Source: Bacteroidota bacterium (GTDB taxonomy: Bacteria > Bacteroidota > Bacteroidia > Bacteroidales > UBA7960). From it: a stretch of DNA of 64,000 nucleotides. The stretch covers positions 151,198-215,197 of the forward strand of contig JBBISA010000001.1 of NCBI GenBank assembly GCA_037441525.1, read 5' to 3'. Position 1 is the first letter of the stretch. Each line of letters opens with the position of its first letter. The position numbers were made by a program, and so were the translations under genes. Positions 17,550 through 27,299 of the stretch are shown here, in pieces. A model generated the notes under the pieces. That model saw only the letters and a program-made list of their open reading frames with translations. It did no database searches and was not told the DNA's origin.

Positions 17550-20282
17550 GTGAAAAGGTTTTTCATTGGCATAGCTGCAATCTTTTCTCTTGTACTGATT
17601 ATACTGACAGGCACTTTGGTGCAACAAGAAACTGCATCCCAACTCCCCAGCAGGCTGCAAACAGGTATAATCAGCGAGATAAACGGAACCTTAACTGTAA
17701 CCGAAAGTTCAGGTTTTATAACATTTTTATCCGAATCCTCTTTCGTAAAAGTTATTGCAACCTTTCTGGGAAATTCCAAACCATTACTGACCAACCGGGT
17801 ATCAACCATAATGGCAAACGATAATAGTGGAATTATTGTAAGTGTTGCAGCAATTATTCTTATTTTATCCATTGCTGTTTTAATTCTGGGGTTCCTTCTG
17901 TACCAAACCATAAAAGCCCGTAAAAGAGCTTATTCAACAGAAAAAAGGTTCAAATCCCTCCTCGAATCGAACCCTTCGGCAATGATGATTTTTCAGAATT
18001 TCAAGCTTAAATTTATTAATTCTTCCCTGGAACAATTAACCGGATTTACACGAGGGGAATTATCGCAAATGGAAATTTGGCAGCTTATTCACCCCAACAG
18101 CCTTTCCAATCCGCAAAATGAAAATATTAACATCGAAGGAAATGGATTTAATTTCAGAGGCGAGTTTCAGATTATAACAAAAACCAAGGACATAAGATGG
18201 ATTGACCTTTCAACCCGTTCTATTGAGTACGACAACCAGCCGGCAGTTTTAGCAACTGCCATTGATATAACATCATCTAAACAAGCCCAGCTTGAATTGA
18301 TAAAGAGCGAGTTCAGATACAAGAATTTCTTCTTTAAAAACTCAGCCGTAATGCTGATTGTAGACCCGGCCACATCAGTGGTTCAGGATGCTAACCAGGC
18401 GGCTATCGACTTTTACGGTTACTCCAGAGAACAACTTATGGGAATGAATCTGAGCGAAATAAATACCACCCATCCCGAAAAGATAAGCGAAAAAGCAAAC
18501 GCCGAACAAAGTGAAACCCGAACATTCTACCTCTGTAATCAAAAACTTGCAAATGGTTCAGTAAGAGAGGTTGAGTTGCATTCAAGTACCATAATCGAAA
18601 AAAATACTATGCTTGATTATTGTATAATATTCGATGTAACTGAGAGAAAAAAAATTGAACAGGAACTGAAACAAGCAAAAGAAATTGCCGAAGAAGCCAA
18701 CCGTGTAAAATCTTTCTTTGTGTCCAATGTAAGTCATGAGATTAGAACACCCCTTAATGCCATTATCGGACTTACCGACCTTGTAATTGAAGGAGAAAAT
18801 CTTTCTGTTGACCAGATGGAAAACATGAAATCCATCAAATATTCATCAGACCACCTGCTCGGAGTAATAAATGACGTGCTGGATTTCTCAAAACTCGAAG
18901 CAGGCAAGGTAGATATTGAAAAACTTGACTTCGACCTGTTCACACTGATGCATGAATCGGTCAGAACAGTTGAATTCAGGGCTCGCGAAAAAGGTATTGA
19001 GTTAATTAGCGAAATTGACAAAAACATACCCCCTGTAATTAAAGGCGACCCATCAAGATTAAGACAAGTTTTGCTCAATCTACTTAGTAATGCAGTAAAA
19101 TTTACTCATGAAGGGCATATCAATATTCAGGTGAAATTGCTAAAATTGAATACTGAACATGTAGAATTGAGATTTTCGGTCTCTGATACAGGTATTGGGA
19201 TTCCTGAAGATAAACAAGGCCAGCTTTTTCAAAGTTTTATTCAGGCCGACACCGATACTGCCCGCAAGTTTGGTGGCACAGGACTTGGGCTTTCTATTTC
19301 GAAAAAACTTGTTGAGTTGCAGGGAGGACATATTGGGCTCAAGAGTATGCAGAATATGGGTTCAACCTTCTGGTTTACACTCGCATTTGACATTAGTGAT
19401 AAAACCTTCATCCCCGATATGAGTAAAATTGGCTCAAAATTGAGGGATCTGAAAGGAATTAATATTTTATTGGTTGAAGACGACCGCATGAATCAGTTTG
19501 TAATGCGCCGTATTATTGAAAAATGGAATACCTCCATTGATATCGCCCAAAATGGACGTGAAGCCATTCAGAAACTTGAAAGAAACAACTACGACCTGGT
19601 GCTGCTCGACCTGCACATGCCAGAAATGAATGGTTATGAAACCGCCCGAAAAGTCAGAGACCCACGCTCAAATGTCCTTAATCATAATATTCAATTAATA
19701 GCCCTTACAGCCGATGTTACTTCTGAAACACGCAAAAAGGTTAAGGATGCTGGCATGAACGATTTCATTACCAAGCCTTGCGACCAGGAGATAATATATG
19801 AAAAAATATTTAGCGCTGCCAGTAATGCCAAAACCGCATTTGTTGAACGAAAATCCCAGGAAATTGCTCCTGAGACCAATCAGATGGCTAATGTTGAAAA
19901 AGCCAAACTTAGAGTAAAAAAATCACTGGAAGATATTTTTGATGACGACCTGGAAGGGATTGTTTCACTCATTACCAAGTTTTTAAAAGAAATACCACGT
20001 ACCATTGTGGGTATAAACGAGTCACTTTTCGATCAGGATATTGATACGGTGGGGAAACTGGTTCATAAGATAAAACCAGGTTATAGCTATATGGGATTCA
20101 GCGAAGTATCCGACATTATCGAACAAATACAGGAATTATCCAAATCAAAATTTAACATTAACGAAATTGAAACACTTTGTCGTGAATTAGATGAAAAATC
20201 AAGAAATATTATCTCTATCCTTAAAGAAGTTCACCGCGATTACCTCAAAAGCAATTCGGTAAAACTTAATTCTGGCAAGTGA
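17550..20282 (+). CDS. Hybrid sensor histidine kinase (TM-periplasmic-TM, 2x PAS, HisKA, HATPase, REC, HPt)
   Basis: GTG start. There are two hydrophobic segments. The H-box is SHEIRTPLNAI, G2 is GTGLGLSISKKL, the REC domain shows ILLVEDD...DLVLLDLHMPEMNG, and a C-terminal HPt-like motif VHKIKPGYSYMG is present. Confidence 0.9.
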   Translation: MKRFFIGIAAIFSLVLIILTGTLVQQETASQLPSRLQTGIISEINGTLTVTESSGFITFLSESSFVKVIATFLGNSKPLLTNRVSTIMANDNSGIIVSVAAIILILSIAVLILGFLLYQTIKARKRAYSTEKRFKSLLESNPSAMMIFQNFKLKFINSSLEQLTGFTRGELSQMEIWQLIHPNSLSNPQNENINIEGNGFNFRGEFQIITKTKDIRWIDLSTRSIEYDNQPAVLATAIDITSSKQAQLELIKSEFRYKNFFFKNSAVMLIVDPATSVVQDANQAAIDFYGYSREQLMGMNLSEINTTHPEKISEKANAEQSETRTFYLCNQKLANGSVREVELHSSTIIEKNTMLDYCIIFDVTERKKIEQELKQAKEIAEEANRVKSFFVSNVSHEIRTPLNAIIGLTDLVIEGENLSVDQMENMKSIKYSSDHLLGVINDVLDFSKLEAGKVDIEKLDFDLFTLMHESVRTVEFRAREKGIELISEIDKNIPPVIKGDPSRLRQVLLNLLSNAVKFTHEGHINIQVKLLKLNTEHVELRFSVSDTGIGIPEDKQGQLFQSFIQADTDTARKFGGTGLGLSISKKLVELQGGHIGLKSMQNMGSTFWFTLAFDISDKTFIPDMSKIGSKLRDLKGINILLVEDDRMNQFVMRRIIEKWNTSIDIAQNGREAIQKLERNNYDLVLLDLHMPEMNGYETARKVRDPRSNVLNHNIQLIALTADVTSETRKKVKDAGMNDFITKPCDQEIIYEKIFSAASNAKTAFVERKSQEIAPETNQMANVEKAKLRVKKSLEDIFDDDLEGIVSLITKFLKEIPRTIVGINESLFDQDIDTVGKLVHKIKPGYSYMGFSEVSDIIEQIQELSKSKFNINEIETLCRELDEKSRNIISILKEVHRDYLKSNSVKLNSGK

Positions 20283-20324
20283 TTTAAACTACACACTTAC
20301 ACTGTTATATATTGTTGTAAATTT

Positions 20325-20359
20325 GGCCTTCGATGAAATATTTGAAGGCCATTATTTTT
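20325..20359 (+). terminator. Intrinsic terminator after the hybrid kinase gene
   Basis: The hairpin GGCCTTC-N12-GAAGGCC is followed by ATTATTTTT. It lies inside the 5' extension of the ribD ORF, which supports the downstream ribD start. Confidence 0.6.
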
Positions 20360-21418
20360 ATGGAAAAATACGATTTTTTTATGCACCGCTGTCTGGAACT
20401 GGCCCAAAACGGGCTGGGAATGGTTGCTCCAAACCCCATGGTGGGTAGTTTAATAGTGCATAATGGTTTAATTATCGGCGAAGGGTATCATCAGAAGTAC
20501 GGCGGCCCACATGCTGAAGTAAACGCAATCGCTTCGGTTAAAAATAAAGAACTTCTTACTCAATCAACACTTTTTGTAAACCTGGAGCCATGTTGCCACT
20601 TTGGAAAAACTCCACCCTGTACCGACCTTATTCTCCAAAGTAGAATCCCTCATGTTGTAATTGGATGTATTGACCCATTCGATGCTGTTGCCGGTAAAGG
20701 TATCTCGAAGCTCAGGAATAACGGTGTAAGAGTTGAAGTGGGCATTTTAAGAAAGGAATCACTCTCGTTAAATAAAAGATTCTTTACTTTTCATGAAAAA
20801 AACCGGCCCTATATTATCCTGAAGTGGGCTCAAACGGCCGATGCATTCATAGATATTGAACGACTGCCCGGAACCCCCGCCAGGCCTACCTGGATAACTT
20901 CAGAAAACCTAAGAATGCTTGTTCATAAATGGAGGACTGAAGAACAGGCAATAATGGTGGGAACAATTACTGCCCTGAAAGACAACCCAAAACTTAATGT
21001 GCGAGAATGGAGTGGTAATCAACCCACACGAATCGTTATAGATGAAGACCTTACACTTTCAAACACCCTTCATCTTTTCGATAATACTCAGAAAACTATC
21101 GTGTTTAACTCCAAAGAAGACCTAATTAAGGAAAATACCCATTGGATTAAATTGAATTTTGCTGACAAGCAATTCCTGGAAATATTGCTGACTGAATTGA
21201 AAAACAGAAAAATACAGTCGGTGATTGTTGAAGGTGGTCAAAAACTATTAAAAGCTTTTATCACCTCCCAAACATGGGATGAAGCAAGAATTTTTCAGGG
21301 AAATAAATTTTTTGAAAACGGTCTAAGAGCACCTACCCTTCCACAACAAGGTTTTTCACAGATATTTATCGGGCAGGAATTACTTTATTGGATTAAGAAT
21401 CCGGATTCTCATTACTGA
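20360..21418 (+). CDS. ribD: Bifunctional diaminohydroxyphosphoribosylaminopyrimidine deaminase / 5-amino-6-(5-phosphoribosylamino)uracil reductase
   Basis: It has the deaminase zinc motifs HAE...PCxxxxxxPPC (HAEVNAI, LEPCCHFGKTPPC) and a C-terminal reductase domain. The start was set at the ATG after the terminator hairpin. Confidence 0.9.
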   Translation: MEKYDFFMHRCLELAQNGLGMVAPNPMVGSLIVHNGLIIGEGYHQKYGGPHAEVNAIASVKNKELLTQSTLFVNLEPCCHFGKTPPCTDLILQSRIPHVVIGCIDPFDAVAGKGISKLRNNGVRVEVGILRKESLSLNKRFFTFHEKNRPYIILKWAQTADAFIDIERLPGTPARPTWITSENLRMLVHKWRTEEQAIMVGTITALKDNPKLNVREWSGNQPTRIVIDEDLTLSNTLHLFDNTQKTIVFNSKEDLIKENTHWIKLNFADKQFLEILLTELKNRKIQSVIVEGGQKLLKAFITSQTWDEARIFQGNKFFENGLRAPTLPQQGFSQIFIGQELLYWIKNPDSHY

Positions 21419-21494
21419 TCCGGCTAACCCCTCTGCAACAGCTTTAAACACATAACCATCCATCTGTTTTGAATAAATTATAAAATAGAACAGT

Positions 21495-22106
21495 ATGTTT
21501 GATGATACCTACAGAACAGTAAAATCGCAATCCCAGGGAGCATTTAAAGAAAAAGGCAGTCGCTTTTTATCTTTTGTTTTTCCTGTATCAAATGAACAGG
21601 ACATTAAAACATATTTAAATGAGCTTCGAAAAACATATTTTGATGCACGGCATAATTGCTATGCATACGCATTAGGTCCGGCTCGTGATGGTTACCGCCA
21701 AAATGATGATGGTGAACCTTCTGGGACAGCTGGTAAACCTATTTATGGGCAAATTTTATCCAACAATATTACAAATGTCCTGATTGTGGTAGTAAGGTAT
21801 TTCGGCGGAACAAAATTAGGCGTGCGCGGACTTATCGATGCCTACAAGGCTGCAGCACAAGACGCCCTGAAAAACAATGAAATCATCGAAAAAATCGTAA
21901 TGGAAGTGTATGAAATCACATTTGCGTATCCCCATACCAACAACGTTATGAAAATTATAAAAGAGAACAATCTAAACATACTTCAAAATGAATTTAACCA
22001 ACTAAGCCGGGTTATGCTTTCAGTAAGAAAAAATAAGGCAGACCAAATTAAATCATATCTTCAATCCTTAAATGGCTTAACAATTGATTTTAAATATACA
22101 TTTTAG
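21495..22106 (+). CDS. yigZ: YigZ/IMPACT-family protein
   Basis: 203 aa with the motifs GSRF...ARHNCYAY...DDGEPSGTAGKPI...VVVRYFGGTKLG. Confidence 0.85.
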   Translation: MFDDTYRTVKSQSQGAFKEKGSRFLSFVFPVSNEQDIKTYLNELRKTYFDARHNCYAYALGPARDGYRQNDDGEPSGTAGKPIYGQILSNNITNVLIVVVRYFGGTKLGVRGLIDAYKAAAQDALKNNEIIEKIVMEVYEITFAYPHTNNVMKIIKENNLNILQNEFNQLSRVMLSVRKNKADQIKSYLQSLNGLTIDFKYTF

Positions 22107-22341
22107 CTATCATAATCACAGCCAGCCTATATTGGAACAATTAATAACCATTGAAATACAGAGAATTGAAAAATATTTCACTCTAACTAAAGCATATTTA
22201 CAACAAAACGCATATATTTTACAATAAAACAAATGTTATTTTTTTGTGTAAAATTTAATAAGCAAACGTTTTTACATTGTTTTTTTGAAAATTAAATAGT
22301 ATTATTGTCAGCCAAAAAATTTCCAAAACACAACAACAAAA

Positions 22342-23115
22342 ATGACGAGGCTCAGGGGTATATTTATACTATCCCTCGTGTTGCTGCTTCAAATTTCTTG
22401 CAAACAGCTACCAGGTGATATAAATTTGGATGGAACCACCATCCTTCTTGACCATAATAGTGCCCCCCATTCCGATTCAATTCAGGAGAAAATCATTTCA
22501 ACCTATCGTGAACAACTATCCAGGAATTTCAACCGGATTGTGGCTTTTTCAGCTGAAATTCTGGAAAAGGGCACACCCGAAGGGAAACTCAACAATTTCG
22601 TCGCAGACCTGGTATTCCTAAAGGGAAAGGCCCTTTATCATCCATCTGATAATAAGCCCATCGATTTCTGTTTGCTCAATTATGGAGGGCTGCGTGTGTC
22701 ACTACCCATGGGAGAAATTACATATTCCAGGGTTTTTGAACTACTTCCTTTTGAAAATGAAATGGTGGTAGTTACTCTTACCGGCCAAAAGACCTTTGAA
22801 TTGTTTCAGTATCTGGCCAAGGCTACAGAAGGTATGCCGGTAGCCGGTTTAAGGCTCACCATCAGAAATAATTCTCCTGAAAGTATCCTTATCAATGGAG
22901 CTGAGTTTGATAGAAACAGGAATTACAAGGTTCTTACATCCGATTACCTGGCAGGTGGCGGTGATTCAATGAATTTTTTTCTGAACCCTGTCTATACCGA
23001 AATTCTTGGTATGAGAGTGCGTGATGCAATATTCGAACACATGGAAACACTGCATACCCGAGGAGAAAGAATCTCAGCCACCCTGGATGGCAGGATACAA
23101 ATTTTAAACCGTTAA
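22342..23115 (+). CDS. 5'-nucleotidase C-terminal (substrate-binding) domain lipoprotein
   Basis: It has a lipoprotein signal (LLLQISC) and typical 5'-nucleotidase_C motifs (NYGGLR...PFENEMVVVTLTG...SDYLAGGGD). Confidence 0.8.
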   Translation: MTRLRGIFILSLVLLLQISCKQLPGDINLDGTTILLDHNSAPHSDSIQEKIISTYREQLSRNFNRIVAFSAEILEKGTPEGKLNNFVADLVFLKGKALYHPSDNKPIDFCLLNYGGLRVSLPMGEITYSRVFELLPFENEMVVVTLTGQKTFELFQYLAKATEGMPVAGLRLTIRNNSPESILINGAEFDRNRNYKVLTSDYLAGGGDSMNFFLNPVYTEILGMRVRDAIFEHMETLHTRGERISATLDGRIQILNR

Positions 23116-23117
23116 CA

Positions 23118-24059
23118 ATGATTATGCAAAATCTTAACCGGAGAACCTTTATTAAAAATACTTTGCTTGGCAGTGCTGCCCTTGTTGCAGGTATAAGGCC
23201 TCTGGTTGGGAATTCTGATGATTTAAGTCATTTATGTATTTTACACACAAACGATACCCATAGTCGTATTGATCCTTACCCAGCAAATGATCCCCGCTTT
23301 CCTCTGATGGGTGGGTATGCCCGCAGGTCTGCGGTTATTGCTGCCATCAGAAAAGAAACAAACGATGTGCTCTTACTCGATGCCGGCGACATTTTTCAGG
23401 GTACCCCCTATTATAATATATATGGAGGGGAACCAGAACTAAGGCTTATGTCTATGATGGGTTACGATGCCGCTACCATGGGAAACCATGAATTCGATAA
23501 CGGTTTGGAGGGGTTTTTAAAAGTTCTGCCTTTTGCTCGCTTCCCTTTCGTAACATCCAATTACGACTTTTCAGATACAATTCTCCATGGCAAAACACAA
23601 TCTTATCTCGTAATTATTAAAGACAATCTGAGAATTGGCATTTACGGATTGGGGATTAAGCTGGAAGGATTGGTAGGCAGAAACCATTTTGGAAATACTT
23701 TGTGGCACGAACCTGTTAAGGTTGCGCAATCCATTGAAATATTGCTGAAAGAGGAAATGAAATGCGATTTAATAATTTGCCTTTCGCACCTGGGATACAA
23801 AAATTCCACACCTCAACCCGATGATATTACTATTGCCAGTAATACCCGTTATACAAACATAATTCTCGGCGGACATACACACACTTTACTCGATTCGCCT
23901 GAAATTGTGCCCAACGCCATCCGGAAAAAAGTCTACATTGGGCAAACCGGTTATGGCGGTGTAAGGTTAGGAAGAATGAATGTTTATTTCAACAATCGTA
24001 ATAAAGAAACTTTTGTCGAAGCCTTTACAACAAAAATTTTAAAAAATCAAGAGTCCTAA
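23118..24059 (+). CDS. Metallophosphoesterase (5'-nucleotidase N-terminal catalytic domain), Tat-type signal
   Basis: It has an RRTFIK twin-arginine signal and the calcineurin-like motifs HTNDTH, DAGD, GNHEF and GGHTH. Confidence 0.8.
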   Translation: MIMQNLNRRTFIKNTLLGSAALVAGIRPLVGNSDDLSHLCILHTNDTHSRIDPYPANDPRFPLMGGYARRSAVIAAIRKETNDVLLLDAGDIFQGTPYYNIYGGEPELRLMSMMGYDAATMGNHEFDNGLEGFLKVLPFARFPFVTSNYDFSDTILHGKTQSYLVIIKDNLRIGIYGLGIKLEGLVGRNHFGNTLWHEPVKVAQSIEILLKEEMKCDLIICLSHLGYKNSTPQPDDITIASNTRYTNIILGGHTHTLLDSPEIVPNAIRKKVYIGQTGYGGVRLGRMNVYFNNRNKETFVEAFTTKILKNQES

Positions 24060-24197
24060 GGTTTTTTTATTCACTATTTTTTTTCAATTTTTGTTCAGAA
24101 GTTTAGGGGGTCACTAAACAATTTCACACAGCTGTAAATCAAGCTCAAAGCATTATTCAGTAAAACAGAAAGAGAAATTTGAATTCGTAATTAAGAA

Positions 24198-25643
24198 ATG
24201 GACAACACTCACGATTTAGTTTGGTTAAGATGCTTAAGCGTTATAAGAGACAATATACCTCAAAACAGTTACAACACATGGTTTGCCCCCATCAAACCTA
24301 CAAAACTTATAAACAATGTTTTAACGATACAGGTACCTAGTCAGTTTTTTTACGAATGGCTGGAAGAACATTATATAGAATTACTCAGAAAAACAATAAA
24401 AAAAGAACTAGGCAGTGATGGAAGGCTGGAATACAGCATTGTTATGGACAGTGCCTGGAATCACGGAAGTAGCCCCTTAACCATCAATGCACCGACGCTT
24501 AATAAAAAAGCATTGAAAAATCCACCGGTAACTATGCCTTTTGACCTAAACAAAGAAAATGGGAAATCGGTACCCAACCCATTCATTATTCCAGGGTTGA
24601 AAAAGCTTGATATTCACCCCCAACTAATCGAAACATACAATTTCGATAACTTTGTGCAGGGCGATTGCAATCGGCTTGCACGAAGCGCGGGTATCGCAGT
24701 GGGGCAAAACCCCGGTAAAACTTCCTTTAATCCTCTGTTGATATACTCTGCCAACGGACTTGGAAAAACTCACCTTGCCCATGCAATTGGTATTGAAGTA
24801 AAAAATAACTTCCCCGAAAAAACTGTGTTGTATGTTTCCTGCGAACAGTTTACCAACCAATTTATTGATGCGGTAAGAAACTCCAATCAAAACGACTTCA
24901 TCCATTTTTATCAGATGATTGATGTTTTGATAGTTGATGATATCCACTCCTTAGCCAACAAACCTAAAACACAGGACGTTTTTTTCTATATTTTCAACCA
25001 GTTGCATCAGAACAGCAAACAAATTATTATAACTTCGGATCAGCCTCCTGTAGAAATGAAGGGAATAGAACCCAGGCTGCTTTCAAGATTTAAATGGGGC
25101 CTGTCTGCCGACCTGCAGGTACCCGATTTTGAAACCCGCGTTGCAATTTTGCAGAAGAAGCTTTATAACGATGGAGTTCAGATGCCACAAAATGTTATTG
25201 ACTTGATTGCAACTACTATTGATACCAATATCCGCGAAATGGAAGGTGCCATGATTTCCATCCTGGCACAATCATCGATGAATAAAAAAGACATCAATAT
25301 AGATTTGGCCAATAGTGTATTGCAGAAATTTGTTAAGAGCACTCCCCGCGAAATCACCATCGAGCATATCCAAAAAACCATTGGTGAATATTTTAGCATT
25401 CCGATTGATAAAATAAACTCAAGTACACGCAAGCGCGAAATCGTACAGGCACGTCAATTGGCAATGTATTTCTCAAAAAGCTACACCAAACACTCATTGG
25501 CTACCATTGGCAGTAAACTTGGCAAAAAAGACCATGCAACAGTTCTGCATGCTTGCAAAACAGTGAAGAACCTTTACGATACCGACCGGGATTTTAAAAA
25601 ACACTTCGATGAAATTGACAGTATTCTGAAAATTAAGGCTTAA
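24198..25643 (+). CDS. dnaA: Chromosomal replication initiator protein DnaA
   Basis: 481 aa. It has Walker A (GLGKTHL), Walker B (LIVDDIH) and the C-terminal DNA-binding domain (RKREIVQARQLAMYF...DHATVLHA). Confidence 0.95.
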   Translation: MDNTHDLVWLRCLSVIRDNIPQNSYNTWFAPIKPTKLINNVLTIQVPSQFFYEWLEEHYIELLRKTIKKELGSDGRLEYSIVMDSAWNHGSSPLTINAPTLNKKALKNPPVTMPFDLNKENGKSVPNPFIIPGLKKLDIHPQLIETYNFDNFVQGDCNRLARSAGIAVGQNPGKTSFNPLLIYSANGLGKTHLAHAIGIEVKNNFPEKTVLYVSCEQFTNQFIDAVRNSNQNDFIHFYQMIDVLIVDDIHSLANKPKTQDVFFYIFNQLHQNSKQIIITSDQPPVEMKGIEPRLLSRFKWGLSADLQVPDFETRVAILQKKLYNDGVQMPQNVIDLIATTIDTNIREMEGAMISILAQSSMNKKDINIDLANSVLQKFVKSTPREITIEHIQKTIGEYFSIPIDKINSSTRKREIVQARQLAMYFSKSYTKHSLATIGSKLGKKDHATVLHACKTVKNLYDTDRDFKKHFDEIDSILKIKA

Positions 25644-25674
25644 GACATTAATGAGGACAAATTGAAAAAATCTT

Positions 25675-25709
25675 ACCCGGGTTATCCTTTAAAGGTATCC
25701 GGGTTTTTA
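25675..25709 (+). terminator. Intrinsic terminator after dnaA
   Basis: A GC-rich hairpin, ACCCGGGT...ATCCGGGT, is followed by TTTTT. Confidence 0.55.
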
Positions 25710-25733
25710 ATAATGACTAATTTGATTATTTAT

Positions 25734-25800
25734 CCCGGATTAGTCTTTAGGAATGCAATGAACTAATGACTTAGCCGGATTTAATCCCAATTTAGAAAAA
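25734..25800 (-). repeat. Copy A of a ~67-nt conserved intergenic element (inverted relative to copy B)
   Basis: Its reverse complement aligns without gaps to 43497..43563, with 58 of 67 identical positions by my manual alignment. The shared core is GGCTAAGTCATTAGTTCA. Confidence 0.6.
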
Positions 25801-25848
25801 CTTAATTTGTAAGCATATTCAAACAAATAATAAAGTTCCATAAAAATA

Positions 25849-26319
25849 ATGAAAATCCTAATGGTTTGCCATGGCAATATTTGCCGAAGCCCCCTTGCAG
25901 AAGGGATTATGAATGAGAAAATTAAAAAGTATAAGCTAAACGCATCCGTCGATTCTGCCGGCACTGCATCATATCATACCGGCGAAATGCCTGACCCGCG
26001 TTCTATTGATGTTGCCCGCAAAAATGGAATAGATATTTCTTATCAACGTGCCCGAAAATTTTCACCCGACGACTTCCATCGATTTGACCGGATATATGCG
26101 ATGGATACTTTTAACTTTAATGACCTTATTTCCATTGCCCGAAAAAGGGAAGATAAGGAAAAGCTTGAGATGATACTAAATGTCTCATCCCCTGGTAAAA
26201 ATCGGTCGGTGCCAGACCCATATTATGGTGGCAACGAGGGTTTTGATAATGTATATAATATGCTCGACGAAGCTTGTGAATTGATTGCTCTTGAAATAAA
26301 ACAGAACCAGACTCAATAA
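25849..26319 (+). CDS. Low-molecular-weight protein-tyrosine phosphatase
   Basis: 156 aa with the CX5R(S) P-loop VCHGNICRSP and a C-terminal DPYY motif. Confidence 0.9.
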   Translation: MKILMVCHGNICRSPLAEGIMNEKIKKYKLNASVDSAGTASYHTGEMPDPRSIDVARKNGIDISYQRARKFSPDDFHRFDRIYAMDTFNFNDLISIARKREDKEKLEMILNVSSPGKNRSVPDPYYGGNEGFDNVYNMLDEACELIALEIKQNQTQ

Positions 26320-26334
26320 TTAACAGCACAGCAA

Positions 26335-27297
26335 ATGTTTCAAGGTATCAAAATACCCACAAAGGAAAACATTATCAATGCATTTGGCAGAATTAGGCCT
26401 TACATAAATGAAACACCCGTTTTAACGAGCCAGACAATTAACAAAATTACGGGGAGCGAACTCTTTTTTAAATGTGAAAACTTTCAAAAAGGGGGAGCGT
26501 TTAAATACAGGGGAGCAACCAATGCCGTTTTAAAACTCGATAAACAATTAGCTGCCAATGGGGTATGCACACACTCATCAGGAAATCATGCCCAGGCTCT
26601 GGCATTAGCGGCTCGAATAAACGGTTTATCGGCATACATTGTAATGCCTGAAAATGCACCCCAGGTTAAGGTAAATGCTGTTAAAGAATATGGGGCTCAA
26701 ATTACTTTTTGCAAACCTACTCTGCAAGCGAGGGAAGAAACATTGGCCGAAATAAAGCAAAAAACCGGCGCAGCTGTGATACACCCCTATAACAATCCTG
26801 ATGTTATTGAAGGGCAAGCCACTTGTTTATTCGAAATGAATCAACAAATTAATTTTCACCCCGATATTGTTATATGTCCGGTAGGTGGTGGTGGATTACT
26901 TAGCGGAACATTGCTTACTGCTAAATATTTTTTAACTGATAGTAAAGTAATTGCCGCTGAGCCAGAAATGGCCAATGATGCCTGGAAATCTCTAAAGGCC
27001 AATAGATTTATCCCTTCCGATAATCCCCAGACAATTGCCGATGGCCTGAAAACATCTCTGGGGACTTTAACATGGCCCTTAATTCAACAGAATGTTACCG
27101 ATATATTTACTACGTCAGAACAGTCAATTATTGAAACCATGTACCTTGTTTGGGAAAGAATGAAGATAATTATTGAACCATCTTCGGCTGTGGCATTGGC
27201 AGTGGTAATAAATAACAGACCATTTTTTACCGGAAAACGAGTTGCGGTAATTTTCTCAGGTGGCAATGTCGACCTTAAACACCTTCCCTGGAATTAG
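26335..27297 (+). CDS. PLP-dependent serine/threonine dehydratase (serine racemase-like, fold type II)
   Basis: It has the PLP-lysine motif GGAFKYRGA, SGNHAQA, and the glycine loop PVGGGGLLSG. Confidence 0.85.
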   Translation: MFQGIKIPTKENIINAFGRIRPYINETPVLTSQTINKITGSELFFKCENFQKGGAFKYRGATNAVLKLDKQLAANGVCTHSSGNHAQALALAARINGLSAYIVMPENAPQVKVNAVKEYGAQITFCKPTLQAREETLAEIKQKTGAAVIHPYNNPDVIEGQATCLFEMNQQINFHPDIVICPVGGGGLLSGTLLTAKYFLTDSKVIAAEPEMANDAWKSLKANRFIPSDNPQTIADGLKTSLGTLTWPLIQQNVTDIFTTSEQSIIETMYLVWERMKIIIEPSSAVALAVVINNRPFFTGKRVAVIFSGGNVDLKHLPWN

Positions 27298-27299
27298 CG

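Noticed and set aside
20283-20359. Possible FMN (RFN) riboswitch upstream of ribD.
   Set aside because: The gap is under 80 nt and is occupied by a terminator hairpin for the upstream kinase gene. None of the conserved RFN core sequence is visible.
22342-24059. 5'-nucleotidase split into two genes, with the C-terminal-domain gene first.
   Set aside because: Both parts have their own export signals (a lipobox and a Tat signal) and intact motifs. This looks like a stable two-gene arrangement rather than a disrupted gene. I consider it ordinary and not a pseudogene.
24060-25848. Possible oriC flanking dnaA.
   Set aside because: I looked for clusters of TTATCCACA-like DnaA boxes in both flanks of dnaA. 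I also checked the other long AT-rich gaps (17206..17549, 22107..22341, 33955..34910). I found only isolated TTATCC partial matches (for example at 25682 and 25731) and no convincing box array with an AT-rich unwinding element. The origin may lie elsewhere. A genome-wide GC-skew and DnaA-box scan would be needed.
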